NCBI GenBank assembly: GCA_046484285.1
Contig: JAWOBP010000098.1
Coordinates: forward strand, 23,345 to 87,344
Direction of reading: 5' to 3'
DNA length: 64,000 nucleotides
Origin: Polyangia bacterium
GTDB taxonomy: Bacteria > Myxococcota_A > Polyangia > JAAYKL01
Position numbers and translations under genes: made by a program. Under the pieces are notes generated by a model. That model saw only the letters and a program-made list of their open reading frames with translations. It ran no database searches and was not told the origin of the DNA. Shown here piece after piece: positions 1-9,033 of this stretch (positions are counted from its first letter, which is position 1; each line of letters starts with the position of its first letter).

Positions 1-190
1 GCTTTCCGGTGCGTGTTCGTGGTATTGGTCGTCGTCGTCGGTCGTCGGTAGCACAGGCAACGTGTGGCCCGTGCGCTTCGCCTACGGTTACGTGTACTAT
101 CATTACGACATGTACCACACGAATCATGTGCGTTGCGTCCGTCGCGGACCGTGATTCGCCCACAGAGCCCAACCTTTCGACGGTGTCGCT

Positions 191-2146
191 CTAGACAGAA
201 GTTCCCCGCCAAATAGGCCTTCTGAAGACTGACAAGAGGGTGGAATTGCAAGGGAAAGAGGTTTTTTTTGGCCGGCATAAAGTTCCCATGTAATAGGTGC
301 TTTTCACTTGACAGGTACCAAAGCATGTGGTTTTATAGTTCCCATGTACATCGAAAAGGTGCCAAATCGAAACTCTCCTCCCGCAATCTTGCTGCGCCAG
401 GGCTGGAGAGAGGGCAAGAAGGTCAAGAAAAAAACGATCGCGAACCTCTCTCATTGGCCCGAGGAAAAGGTGGAGACCCTGCGTCTGCTGCTCAAAGACA
501 AGCGTCTCGCTCCCGTCGATGAGCTTTTCGAGAAAACGAAAACCGTCCACCACGGCCACGTACAGTCGGTGCTACAAGCCGTCGACAAGCTGGGACTGGA
601 CAAGCTCATCTCCGCCAAGCGCTGCCAGGAGCGCGACATCATCGTCGCCGCGATCACCGCGCGGATCTGCAAGCCGGACAGCAAACTGGCGATGAGCCGA
701 TGGTGGAAGAACACCACTTTGCCGGAGATTCTCGAGGTGGGTGACGCAGACGAAGACGACATCTACGAAGCCATGGACTGGCTTTTGGCACGACAAAAGC
801 GCATCGAGAAGAAACTGGCCAAGAGGCACCTCGAGGATGAAGACTTGGTGCTGTACGACCTGACATCGAGCTATTTCGAGGGAGTGACCTGTCCGCTGGC
901 CACGCTGGGCAAGAGCCGGGACAGGAAGCGAAATACGATGCAGGTCAACTACGGGCTGGTCTCCGACCGCCGTGGCTGTCCTGTGGCGGTGTCGGTCTTC
1001 AAGGGAAACAAGAGTGACTCCAAGACGCTGCTGCCGCAGGCCCGCCGTGTGCACGAGGACTTCGGTATCGAGCGGGTGGTGCTGGTCGGCGACCGCGGGA
1101 TGATCTCCCAAAAGCAGATCGACGTGCTGCGGGACGAAGACGGCTTCGACTGGATCACAGCGCTGAAGAGCGGCGGCATCCGCAAGCTCGTGGAGGGCGG
1201 CGCGCTACAGCTCGACCTCTTCGACGAGCGCAACCTCTTCGAGCTCGAGCACGAGGACTACCCCGGGGAACGGCTGGTGGCTTGCCGCAACCCCGTGCTG
1301 GCGCGGAAAAGGGCCTACAAGCGCGAATCCATGCTCGAAGCCACCGAGCAGGAGCTGGCGAAGATCCGCACCTCGCTGAAAAAGGGCACGCTGAAAAAGA
1401 AAGAGCGCACCAAGGACAGAATCGGCGTGCGGGTGGGCAAGGTAGTCAACAAATACAATATGGCCAAGCACATGGTGCTCCACATCAAAGACAACTCTTT
1501 CGATTTCGAGCTCAATCAGCAGAGCATCGCGGCCGAGGCCGCCCTGGACGGCATCTACATCATCCGCACCAGCCTGCCGGAAGAAAGCATGAAAGCCGAC
1601 GAAGCGGTGCGCAGCTACAAGGACCTCACCTCGGTGGAGCGGGCTTTCAAATCACTGAAAAGCATCGACCTGATGGTGCGGCCGATCCGCCACCGCACCG
1701 AGGATCGCGTGAGAGCGCACATCTTCCTGTCGATGCTGACCTACTACGTGCAGTGGCACATGCTCGAGGCGTGGCGGCCCCTGCTCTTCGCCGACGAGGA
1801 CCAGGAAGCCAAAAAAAGCCGAGACCCGGTGGCTCCGGCGAAGCGGTCGAAGAGAGCGCTGAAAAAAGCACGAACCAAGAAGCTCGATGACGGCACCGAC
1901 GTCGAAAGCTTCCGTACACTGCTCGAGCACATGAGCACGATCACACGCGACACTTGCCGCCAGCGCTGCGACGACGAGTCGTCGCGCACCTTCACAATCG
2001 ACACCACGCCCAACGAGAAGCAAAGCAGCGCCCTCAAATTGCTCGCCCAGATCCCCGTGTACCCATAGCCGCGAATTCCTTTTTCAACCAATCCCCGGGA
2101 AATCATTGGACAAGTCCGCCTTCGGAGCGGGGGAACTTCTGTCTAG
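191..2146 (+). mobile_element. Insertion sequence of the IS1634 family (IS4 superfamily) with 17-bp terminal inverted repeats
   Basis: Left end 191-210 is ctagacagaagttccccgcc. Right end 2127-2146 is gcgggggaacttctgtctag, whose reverse complement matches the left end 17/17 (ctagacagaagttcccc). One 586-aa transposase ORF lies inside. Interior GC is visibly lower than the flanking DNA. No clear target-site duplication seen. Confidence 0.7.
308..2068 (+). CDS. IS1634-family DDE transposase
   Basis: 586-aa ORF with the 'VLYDLTSSYFEG' motif typical of IS1634/IS4 transposases. It is bracketed by the inverted repeats at 191-210 and 2127-2146. Confidence 0.75.
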   Translation: MTGTKACGFIVPMYIEKVPNRNSPPAILLRQGWREGKKVKKKTIANLSHWPEEKVETLRLLLKDKRLAPVDELFEKTKTVHHGHVQSVLQAVDKLGLDKLISAKRCQERDIIVAAITARICKPDSKLAMSRWWKNTTLPEILEVGDADEDDIYEAMDWLLARQKRIEKKLAKRHLEDEDLVLYDLTSSYFEGVTCPLATLGKSRDRKRNTMQVNYGLVSDRRGCPVAVSVFKGNKSDSKTLLPQARRVHEDFGIERVVLVGDRGMISQKQIDVLRDEDGFDWITALKSGGIRKLVEGGALQLDLFDERNLFELEHEDYPGERLVACRNPVLARKRAYKRESMLEATEQELAKIRTSLKKGTLKKKERTKDRIGVRVGKVVNKYNMAKHMVLHIKDNSFDFELNQQSIAAEAALDGIYIIRTSLPEESMKADEAVRSYKDLTSVERAFKSLKSIDLMVRPIRHRTEDRVRAHIFLSMLTYYVQWHMLEAWRPLLFADEDQEAKKSRDPVAPAKRSKRALKKARTKKLDDGTDVESFRTLLEHMSTITRDTCRQRCDDESSRTFTIDTTPNEKQSSALKLLAQIPVYP

Positions 2147-2302
2147 AGGTGAAAAAGGCCAAACAGGGGCTTCGGACTCTGGGCGCTGGGCCAGGTCGCC
2201 GAGAAGCACTGGACCGAGCTGGTCGAGCAGTAGCGGCTCTTTGGACCTGCGCCACGGCCGCTGGTTTTGCACCGACCGCGACGGACACCGCGAGCCCTTA
2301 GA

Positions 2303-2932
2303 CTACTCCTGCTGTTCCTCGTCCTCTTCTTCTTGCAGGGGCGGGTCGTAGCCCAGGACCAGCATTTCTCCGGGCGAGATCACCCTGACGGCGCGTCCCA
2401 GCGGCGCCCAGTACTCGCTCCAGCACCTGTCCGGCGTCCAGAGGTCCGGGGGCCAGTCCTCGGGGTCGTCGTCGGGCAGGTCGAACTCCTCCCCCTCCAG
2501 GCACTCGCTGGTCTGAATGTCCTGCACGTCGGTGTCGTCGTTGTAGACCGTGTTGGTCAGCCGCTCGATCTGGATCACGTCATCGGACTCGAGCCTGACC
2601 CACAGCTCCTGCCAGCTCTCGCCGTAGTCGATCACGATCCGGTCCGAGCGGGTGAACCAGCTCCACTCGCGCTGGCCGACCGAGATACTCTCGATCTCGC
2701 CGGGCGCGACGCCCTCGTCGCCCTCGAGACGGGCGAACCACTCACCGGCCATCAAGCCGATTCCGTCCTCGCCGACGGTGGTGCACTGCTCGTCGAGGCA
2801 GGGTAACCAGCCGCCGTAGTAAGGTCGCGGGTCGAGCCGGTCCGCGCCGGGCTCCTCGCAGCCGGCGGCCAGCGCCGGCGCGATCGCGGCGAGCAGCATG
2901 GCGGCGGACGGGATTGTCTTTCTTCTTCTCAT
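2303..2932 (-). CDS. Hypothetical acidic lipoprotein
   Basis: Signal peptide with lipobox LAAGC. Acidic C-terminal tail (EEEDEEQQE). No recognisable domain. Confidence 0.5.
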   Translation of the reverse strand: MRRRKTIPSAAMLLAAIAPALAAGCEEPGADRLDPRPYYGGWLPCLDEQCTTVGEDGIGLMAGEWFARLEGDEGVAPGEIESISVGQREWSWFTRSDRIVIDYGESWQELWVRLESDDVIQIERLTNTVYNDDTDVQDIQTSECLEGEEFDLPDDDPEDWPPDLWTPDRCWSEYWAPLGRAVRVISPGEMLVLGYDPPLQEEEDEEQQE

Positions 2933-2948
2933 CGCCGGCGACCCCTCG

Positions 2949-5900
2949 TCAGTATGACCATTTCAGCGACAGCGAGAAGGAGCGTCCCTTGCGCCACTTC
3001 TCGGTCGTCATTCCGGCCTGCTCGAATTTGGCCGGCAAGTCGATGATGTTCTTGGCCTCGAGCTTGAGCTGGAAGCCGGCGCCGAGATCCTGGCTGGCCA
3101 CGAAGTCGAGCTGGTGGAAAGGCTGCTCGTAGATGTCGGGTAGCCCGACCGCGCCCACGGTGCGGATCCTCTCGCCGAACACGTTGTAGAGGATTGTCGC
3201 CTTGGTGCCGATCTCGATGTTGTCGTAGCCCAGCTGGGCGTTGAAGATGTACGGCGACTGGCCCTGCAGCGGCCGCTTCTCGTTGGTCTGCGTGCCTTCC
3301 ACGTCCTCGCCCAGCTCGATCCGGGAGTAGACCCAGGTCGCGTTGCCGCCGAAGTAGAGATCCTCGATCGACTCGTGGATGAAGCCGAAGCTCCCCAACA
3401 CGTCGAGCTCGAGCCCGAAATTGCGCGCCGCCTCGGCGTTGGCGAAGGTCTCGTAGAACTGGGCGCCGGGCATGATGATCATCTCGATTGGATCTTCGAA
3501 GTGCTTGAAGAACCCGCCCAGCGAAATGCTCTTTCCGGGGGCGGGGTACCACTCCCAGCGCAGGTCGACGTTGGTGATCAGCGTCCGCTTCAGCTCGGTG
3601 TTGCCCACGATGTCGCGGCCGCCGATCACGTTGGTGAAGCGGGCCGGAGACATCTCGCGGAAGTCGGGCCGCGAGACAGTCTGGCTGACGCCGGCGCGGA
3701 CCAGCATGTCGTCGATGAACTCCCAGGAGAGTGTCGCGGCCGGCAGGTAGTCGGTGGTCTCGATCTTGGAATCGAGCGGCTCGGCGTTCGGGTTGAACAG
3801 CTCGTAGGTGCGGGTGAACTGGTGCGACTTTTCGATCCGCAGCCCGCCCAGCAGGCGAAAGCCCAGGCCGAGCGGAAAATCGGTCATCGCGTAGGCCGCC
3901 CTGATCTGCTGCTCGGCGCTGTAGTTGTCGGTCTCACGCGTGATCTCGGTGAAGAGGTTGTTGACCTGGGTCCCGCTCCAGCGGCCGATCAGCTCGTCGC
4001 TGAACAGCTCCTCGGGCGGGAGGCTGGCCAGCGCCGGCGGGCTGGGGCGGTCCTTGTACTTGAAGCGCCGCGTGTCCGAGCCGCGGTCCTTGAACATCAG
4101 GAGGCCGCCCAGGCGCACCTCGGCGATCTCGTCGCTCCACTGCTCGAACGGCAGCGAGAGGTCGAGACCCAGGTCGTGCACCTCGTCGAGCATGTCGGAG
4201 AAGACCCGCGAGTTGCCGTCCGGGCGGTTGGAGGCTATCCAAAGGTCGGTGTCTCCCTCGCGGTAGTATGTGATCTCCTTGCGATCCGGCTCGTAGCGCG
4301 AGGCGCGCGAGTAGGTGTAGCGCCAGTCGACGCCCAGATCCATCAGCGGCGGGATGATGTGCTCGCCGACCAGCTGCTGGGTCAGCAGCTGCCGCTCCAC
4401 CCACTTGATTCGCGTCACGCGGATGTCGCTCTTGATGTCGCGGTTGTAGCCCCAGTAGAAGCGGGCCGCGTCCTCGGTGACACGGTTGAGCAGCGTGGTC
4501 GATCGGATCAGGTGGTCCTCGCCGATCTCGAGCCCGAGGGTCAGGATGCCCGAGGTCTTGATCACGTTGGTCGTCTCGTCCCACCGGTAGCTGTGGAACA
4601 CCTCGGGCTCGTCGTCGGCTCCGCTGGCCAGGATGTCGAGCTTCTTGCGCTCACGCTCCCAGCCGTTGTCGTAGATCGCGCCGGCCAGAAAGCCGAGCTC
4701 TGCGCCGGGCAGGTCGAGCTTGTGGCCCACCGTCAGCTTGCCGCCGGCGTCGGGCGGGATCTCGTCGCGGTAGGTGCGCCAGTTGTTGCGCAGCGCCTCG
4801 CCGAACCTCTCCAGCTCGTCGGCGGTGTAGCCGTCGGTGAACATGTTGCCTTCGAGCAGCTCCTGTTGCCTGGAGGCTCTGCGCACCGAGGGCGGCAGGT
4901 CGCGCCAGCCGTTGTCCCAGCCGAGCCAGTCGGTGGGGCCGCCGACCGCCATCAGGCCGTCGGTCATCGTGGTGCCCACGGTCCAGCCGCCGCTGGCCTC
5001 CAGATCGAGGTTGAATTCGTCCGGGTAGTCGCGGGTGCGCAGCATCACCACGCCGCCGCCGAACTCGCCGGGCATGTCGGGGGAGAACGTCTTTTGAACC
5101 ACGATGCTGTCCAGCACTCCGGTGGGGAACAGGTCGAGCGGCACCACCCGCCGCTCGGGCTCGGGGCTGGGCAGCATCGCGCCGTTGAGCAGGCTGGAAG
5201 AGTAGCGCTCGCCCAGGCCGCGCACGTAGACGTACTTGCCGCCGATGATCGTCACGCCCGTGACCCGCTTGAGCGCGCCGGCCGCGTCCGAGTCGCCGGA
5301 CTTGGACATCTGCTCGGCGCCGATCACGTCGCTGACCGAGCCCGACTCCCGGCGTTCCTGCAGCAGGGCCGCGCTGCCGCCCTCGATCCGCGGCGCGGTG
5401 ATCACCAGGTCCTCGAGCATCGCGCCGACCGGCACCGCCTCCAGTCGCAGCTCGGTCGGCTCGTCTTCGACGACCTCGATTCCGGACTTGCTGATCGTGC
5501 TGAAGCGGGGGTGCACGGCGGAGAGGTCGTGAGATCCGACCGGGACCTCGACCGAGAAGCGGCCGGACTCGTCGGTGGCCACGTCGCAGCCCACGCCGCG
5601 CACGAAGATCCGCACGTCGGGGATCGGCTCGCCGGTGTCGGAGTGGACCAGAGTCCCGACGATTCGAGACCTGGGCAGGCTCTCGTCGACCTCGACTCGG
5701 GGGCGGGGCGCGCTCGCGGCCTCCACGTCGGTCTCGGCCCGGCCGCCCGCGGGCGCGATGTCGACGAACGCCTCGCTCAGCTTGCCGCGCACGACCGGGA
5801 TCGCGGCGGTTGTGCTGAGCGCGTATCCCTCGCCGCTCAGCTCGAAGGAGTAGCTTCCCGGCGCGATTTCGATCACGACCGCGCCGTCCGCGTCGGTCGG

Positions 5901-6146
5901 GCCCAGGTCGCGGCCGTCGAGCTCGACGCGGATTCCGGCCAGCGCCTCGGAGCTCTCGGCGTCGAAGACCAGCAGCCGCATGCGACCGCACCCGGCCTCG
6001 TCGTCGGCAGGGCGATCCTCGTCGGCGGGCGCCGGCCGGGGCGTCTCGTTCTCGACCGGAGGCTCGGCGTCGCTCTGGCGGGCGAAGGCGGCGAGCGGCA
6101 CGGCCAGCGCCAGGGCTTGCAGCGAGATCGCAGATCCCCGTCTCAT
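2949..6146 (-). CDS. TonB-dependent outer-membrane transporter, Oar-like (two N-terminal carboxypeptidase-regulatory-like domains, plug, 22-strand barrel)
   Basis: Signal peptide MRRGSAISLQALALAVPLAAFA. Two CarboxypepD_reg-like beta-sandwich segments (RLLVFDAESSEALAGIRVEL...; GTLVHSDTGEPIPDVRIFVRG...). Plug region (VYVRGLGERYSSSLLNGAML). Barrel ends ...KWSY (aromatic C-terminus). Size (~1,065 aa) and architecture match the Myxococcus Oar family. Start trimmed to Met at 6146 (signal peptide) rather than the ORF start at 6179. Confidence 0.8.
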   Translation of the reverse strand: MRRGSAISLQALALAVPLAAFARQSDAEPPVENETPRPAPADEDRPADDEAGCGRMRLLVFDAESSEALAGIRVELDGRDLGPTDADGAVVIEIAPGSYSFELSGEGYALSTTAAIPVVRGKLSEAFVDIAPAGGRAETDVEAASAPRPRVEVDESLPRSRIVGTLVHSDTGEPIPDVRIFVRGVGCDVATDESGRFSVEVPVGSHDLSAVHPRFSTISKSGIEVVEDEPTELRLEAVPVGAMLEDLVITAPRIEGGSAALLQERRESGSVSDVIGAEQMSKSGDSDAAGALKRVTGVTIIGGKYVYVRGLGERYSSSLLNGAMLPSPEPERRVVPLDLFPTGVLDSIVVQKTFSPDMPGEFGGGVVMLRTRDYPDEFNLDLEASGGWTVGTTMTDGLMAVGGPTDWLGWDNGWRDLPPSVRRASRQQELLEGNMFTDGYTADELERFGEALRNNWRTYRDEIPPDAGGKLTVGHKLDLPGAELGFLAGAIYDNGWERERKKLDILASGADDEPEVFHSYRWDETTNVIKTSGILTLGLEIGEDHLIRSTTLLNRVTEDAARFYWGYNRDIKSDIRVTRIKWVERQLLTQQLVGEHIIPPLMDLGVDWRYTYSRASRYEPDRKEITYYREGDTDLWIASNRPDGNSRVFSDMLDEVHDLGLDLSLPFEQWSDEIAEVRLGGLLMFKDRGSDTRRFKYKDRPSPPALASLPPEELFSDELIGRWSGTQVNNLFTEITRETDNYSAEQQIRAAYAMTDFPLGLGFRLLGGLRIEKSHQFTRTYELFNPNAEPLDSKIETTDYLPAATLSWEFIDDMLVRAGVSQTVSRPDFREMSPARFTNVIGGRDIVGNTELKRTLITNVDLRWEWYPAPGKSISLGGFFKHFEDPIEMIIMPGAQFYETFANAEAARNFGLELDVLGSFGFIHESIEDLYFGGNATWVYSRIELGEDVEGTQTNEKRPLQGQSPYIFNAQLGYDNIEIGTKATILYNVFGERIRTVGAVGLPDIYEQPFHQLDFVASQDLGAGFQLKLEAKNIIDLPAKFEQAGMTTEKWRKGRSFSLSLKWSY

Positions 6147-6169
6147 CCGCGGTGCGCTCCTCCCGCCCC

Positions 6170-7366
6170 CTACAGGCACTCCCAGCCCATGGCGCGACAG
6201 CGCTCCATCGAGCGGCGCAGCTCCATGGCGTGTTTGAACAGCCGCGGATCCCTGATCCGTTCGAGGTAACTCTCGGCCGCGTCGTGCTTTCCGATCTGGA
6301 ACAGCGAGTAGGCCAGCGCGTAGACCACGGAGTCCTCGTCGAGCAGGCCGAGCCTCTCCAGCCGCGGCTCGAGAGCGGCCGCCTCCTCGAAGCGCTCCAG
6401 CTCGATCAGCAGCCCCAGCCGCTGGCGGATCTTGGCGCGCTGATCGACCACGTCGGCGTTCAGGTAGAGCGCCTGGACGGGCCGCCCGCCCTTCTTGAAC
6501 AGTTCGGCCGCGTCGAGCAGCAGCTCGGGATGCTCGTGAGCCTCGCTGCGGAAGAGGCGGGCCGCGGTCAGGGGGCGCCCGGCCCGCAGGTAGGCGCGGG
6601 CCAGCTGCAGCGCGATCTCCTCGCTGGCCGGAAAGCGCAGGCGCGCGCCCTCCAGGATCAGGATCGCCTGCTCGGCCTGGCCGCCGCGGATCAGAGCCTC
6701 GGAGATAGAGGCGTGGTCATCGGCGCTGGCCTCGGCGCGCTCCAGGTAGGTGCGGCCCTCTTCCATTGCCTGCTGGTAGAGCCCCATCTCGACCAGCAGC
6801 AGCACGCGGTAGCGAGCCAGCTGGGCGTCGTCGGGAAAGCGCTCCAGGCCGTGGCTGAGCGCGTAGAACGCCTGCTCGCGCCGCTCGAGCTTCCAGTGGC
6901 ACTGGGCCCTGAGCCGGTAGCTGCCCGCGAGCGACTCGGCCGCGGCTCCGGCGGCGTCCAGCGCGGCCAGGGTCCCGGCGTAGTCGCCGTTGCCGAAGCG
7001 TGCCTGAGCCAGAAAGACGTGCACCATCGGATCCTGCTGGCCGGCCTCGAGCGAGGCCTCGAGGTGACTCTCGGCGTCGCCGAAGGCGGAGCGCTCGAGG
7101 CTGACCAGCCCGAACAGCATGTGGTAGCGGGCCAGGTCGAGCCCCTCGGCCTCGGTGTCGACCTCGGAGAGCACCGCGGCGGCGCGGTCGAAGTACCCGT
7201 CTGTGAGCATCATCGAGGCCAGCGCGATGTGGTCGACCTCGGCCGGGATCTCCTCCTCCGGGTCTTTCTCCTTCTTGCGCAGCCGCGCTCCGGCGTCCCC
7301 GGGAGCGAGCAGCGCCAGGGCCAGCAGGGCGGCGAGCAGGGCGTCGATGCGGCGTCGGATGCTCAT
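6170..7366 (-). CDS. Periplasmic TPR-repeat protein (TtpD-like component of a TonB2-type system)
   Basis: Signal peptide, then multiple TPR-like helical repeats. Sits 4 bp downstream of tonB in the same operon. Confidence 0.6.
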   Translation of the reverse strand: MSIRRRIDALLAALLALALLAPGDAGARLRKKEKDPEEEIPAEVDHIALASMMLTDGYFDRAAAVLSEVDTEAEGLDLARYHMLFGLVSLERSAFGDAESHLEASLEAGQQDPMVHVFLAQARFGNGDYAGTLAALDAAGAAAESLAGSYRLRAQCHWKLERREQAFYALSHGLERFPDDAQLARYRVLLLVEMGLYQQAMEEGRTYLERAEASADDHASISEALIRGGQAEQAILILEGARLRFPASEEIALQLARAYLRAGRPLTAARLFRSEAHEHPELLLDAAELFKKGGRPVQALYLNADVVDQRAKIRQRLGLLIELERFEEAAALEPRLERLGLLDEDSVVYALAYSLFQIGKHDAAESYLERIRDPRLFKHAMELRRSMERCRAMGWECL

Positions 7367-7370
7367 CGTC

Positions 7371-8033
7371 TCACTCGAGCTCGAACGGGACCTTCTGCGT
7401 GGCCCGGAAGCGGACCGGCTGCCCCTTGTACCTGGCCGGGGAGTAGCGGGTGGAGCCGACCGCCGCGATCGCGGTCTCCTCGAAGACCCCCGGCGGATCG
7501 GACTCGATCACCTTCAGCTTCTCCACCTCCCCGCGCTCGTTGATGACGAAGGAGAGCTTGACGTAGCCCTCGATGTTCTTCTGGCGCGCCCGCGGCGGGT
7601 AGCTGACCGAACCGCGCGAGACTACGCGCGGTTGCTCGTCCACGGTGTTGGCGTTCATCACCATCTCGCGCACGGCTTCGTCGCCCAGCAGCTGGTCGGC
7701 GGCCTCCTCGAGGTTCAGCCCCTCCAGCTGCGGAATGCCGAAGCTGCTGCCCGAGATGGCGGTCGAGAGGTTGGGCAGCGGCGCGCGCTTCGTGTCGCTC
7801 GCGCGGCGCCTGCGCCGGGGCGGCGGTTTCTTCTTCTTCTTGGGCGGCGGCTTGCGCTCGGGCGGCTGGACCACGATCTGCTCGCCGTCGTCATCCTCCT
7901 CTTCGGGCGCGGTCTCGTGGGCGTTCATCACGATCACGGTCCACAGCACCAGCCCGCAGCCGGCGAACATCGAGACGATCGCCATCGCGAGGCGGCGGAG
8001 GCGGGCGCCGGAGTCGAAGGGCGAGTCGCTCAT
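7371..8033 (-). CDS. tonB: Energy transducer TonB
   Basis: N-terminal TM anchor (LAMAIVSMFAGCGLVLWTVIVM), Pro/Lys-rich spacer (PPERKPPPKKKKKPPPRRRRR), and C-terminal TonB domain (YPPRARQKNIEGYVKLSFVINERGEV...). Start ATG 8031-8033 overlaps the exbD stop codon (ATGA). Confidence 0.8.
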   Translation of the reverse strand: MSDSPFDSGARLRRLAMAIVSMFAGCGLVLWTVIVMNAHETAPEEEDDDGEQIVVQPPERKPPPKKKKKPPPRRRRRASDTKRAPLPNLSTAISGSSFGIPQLEGLNLEEAADQLLGDEAVREMVMNANTVDEQPRVVSRGSVSYPPRARQKNIEGYVKLSFVINERGEVEKLKVIESDPPGVFEETAIAAVGSTRYSPARYKGQPVRFRATQKVPFELE

Positions 8034-8434
8034 CCGGCCTCCTTCTCCGTGGCGACCCCCACGTCGGTGGCGCCGCCCAGCCGGCACTGGTCGACGACGT
8101 TGACCAGCTGCTCGGCGGGCACGAGCCTATCGGTGATCACCAGGATCTGTCCCGAGGAGCCCCCCTTGATCAGGTCGCGGACGCGGCTTTGCAGCATCCA
8201 CGGCTTGACCGGTTGGCCGTCGAGGTAGAGCGCGCCCGTGCGCTCGACGTGAATCCGGATCGACTTGGTCGAGGCCCGCTCGGCGCTGGCCGCGCCGGGG
8301 CGTTCGATCTCGAGCTTCATGTCCTTGACGAAGGTGGTCGAGACCATGAAGAAGATCAGCAAGATGAAGACCATGTCGATCAGCGGGGAGATGTCGATTC
8401 CGGTCTGGGTCGTTCGCTTGCGCAGGTACCTCAT
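8030..8434 (-). CDS. exbD: Biopolymer transport protein ExbD/TolR
   Basis: 134 aa with a single N-terminal TM (IDMVFILLIFFMV), typical ExbD. 4-bp ATGA overlap with the upstream exbB. Confidence 0.8.
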   Translation of the reverse strand: MRYLRKRTTQTGIDISPLIDMVFILLIFFMVSTTFVKDMKLEIERPGAASAERASTKSIRIHVERTGALYLDGQPVKPWMLQSRVRDLIKGGSSGQILVITDRLVPAEQLVNVVDQCRLGGATDVGVATEKEAG

Positions 8435-9033
8435 GCTTCGCCTCCCTCGTACGTTGCGCAGACGATGTCCTTGATCTTGGAGATCTCGTTTTCGAAGGCG
8501 TGCTGGCGGTGATCGAGCACGCGTCCGACCAGCAGGCCGGGGATCGCCACGGCCAGCCCCATCTGGGTGGTGAACAGCGCCTGGGAGATGCCGCCGGCGA
8601 TTCCGCCCGACTGGCTGAAGAGGGACATGTCGCCCAGCGAGTCGAACGTTTCGATCATGCCGATCACGGTTCCGAGCAGGCCCAGCAACGGAGCGGCGGC
8701 GACGAAGGCGCGAATCGAGGTGGAGAAGCGTTGCAGCTCCACGTCGTGGACCGACAGCGCGGCGTCCAGGGTGCGGCGCAGGTTGTCACTTTCCCGGGCG
8801 GCGATCTCGACGGCGCGTTTGGCCGCGTGGTCCACGATTCCCGCGGGACGGCGGTCGTAGCCGGCAGAGTAGCGCTCGACCAGGATCCGCACGGAGCGGC
8901 GGTTGCCGCGGCGCAGGGTCAGAAAACGAAAGCCGATCGCGAACCAGATCACGGCCGCCGAGACGAGCAGAGGGATCATCACCCATCCGCCGCTGGCCAT
9001 GTAGCCGCCGAACCGGTCGAGAAAGTCGTTCAT
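8431..9033 (-). CDS. exbB: MotA/TolQ/ExbB proton-channel protein
   Basis: 200 aa with three TM helices and the conserved C-terminal MotA/TolQ/ExbB region (GLLGTVIGMIETFDSLG). 4-bp overlap on both sides. Confidence 0.8.
   Translation of the reverse strand: MNDFLDRFGGYMASGGWVMIPLLVSAAVIWFAIGFRFLTLRRGNRRSVRILVERYSAGYDRRPAGIVDHAAKRAVEIAARESDNLRRTLDAALSVHDVELQRFSTSIRAFVAAAPLLGLLGTVIGMIETFDSLGDMSLFSQSGGIAGGISQALFTTQMGLAVAIPGLLVGRVLDHRQHAFENEISKIKDIVCATYEGGEA

Noticed and set aside
2949-6179. Transporter start at 6179
   Set aside because: The 11 extra residues (MPVGGGRSAPR) precede a canonical signal peptide starting at the Met encoded at 6146.
3375-6269. Long opposite-strand or alternate-frame ORFs inside well-supported genes. 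Examples: 3375-6269+, 6152-7543+, 14151-15536+, 17358-19103+, 21047-22675-, 21912-23057-, 25194-26627-, 31571-32701-, 36463-38415+, 40924-43179+, 44870 region minus frames, 49659-51644-, 49901-52585+, 55148-57343+.
   Set aside because: Their translations are Arg/Ala/Gly/Pro-rich low-complexity strings typical of shadow frames in about 70% GC DNA. Each overlaps a gene with clear homology-type motifs on the other strand or frame.
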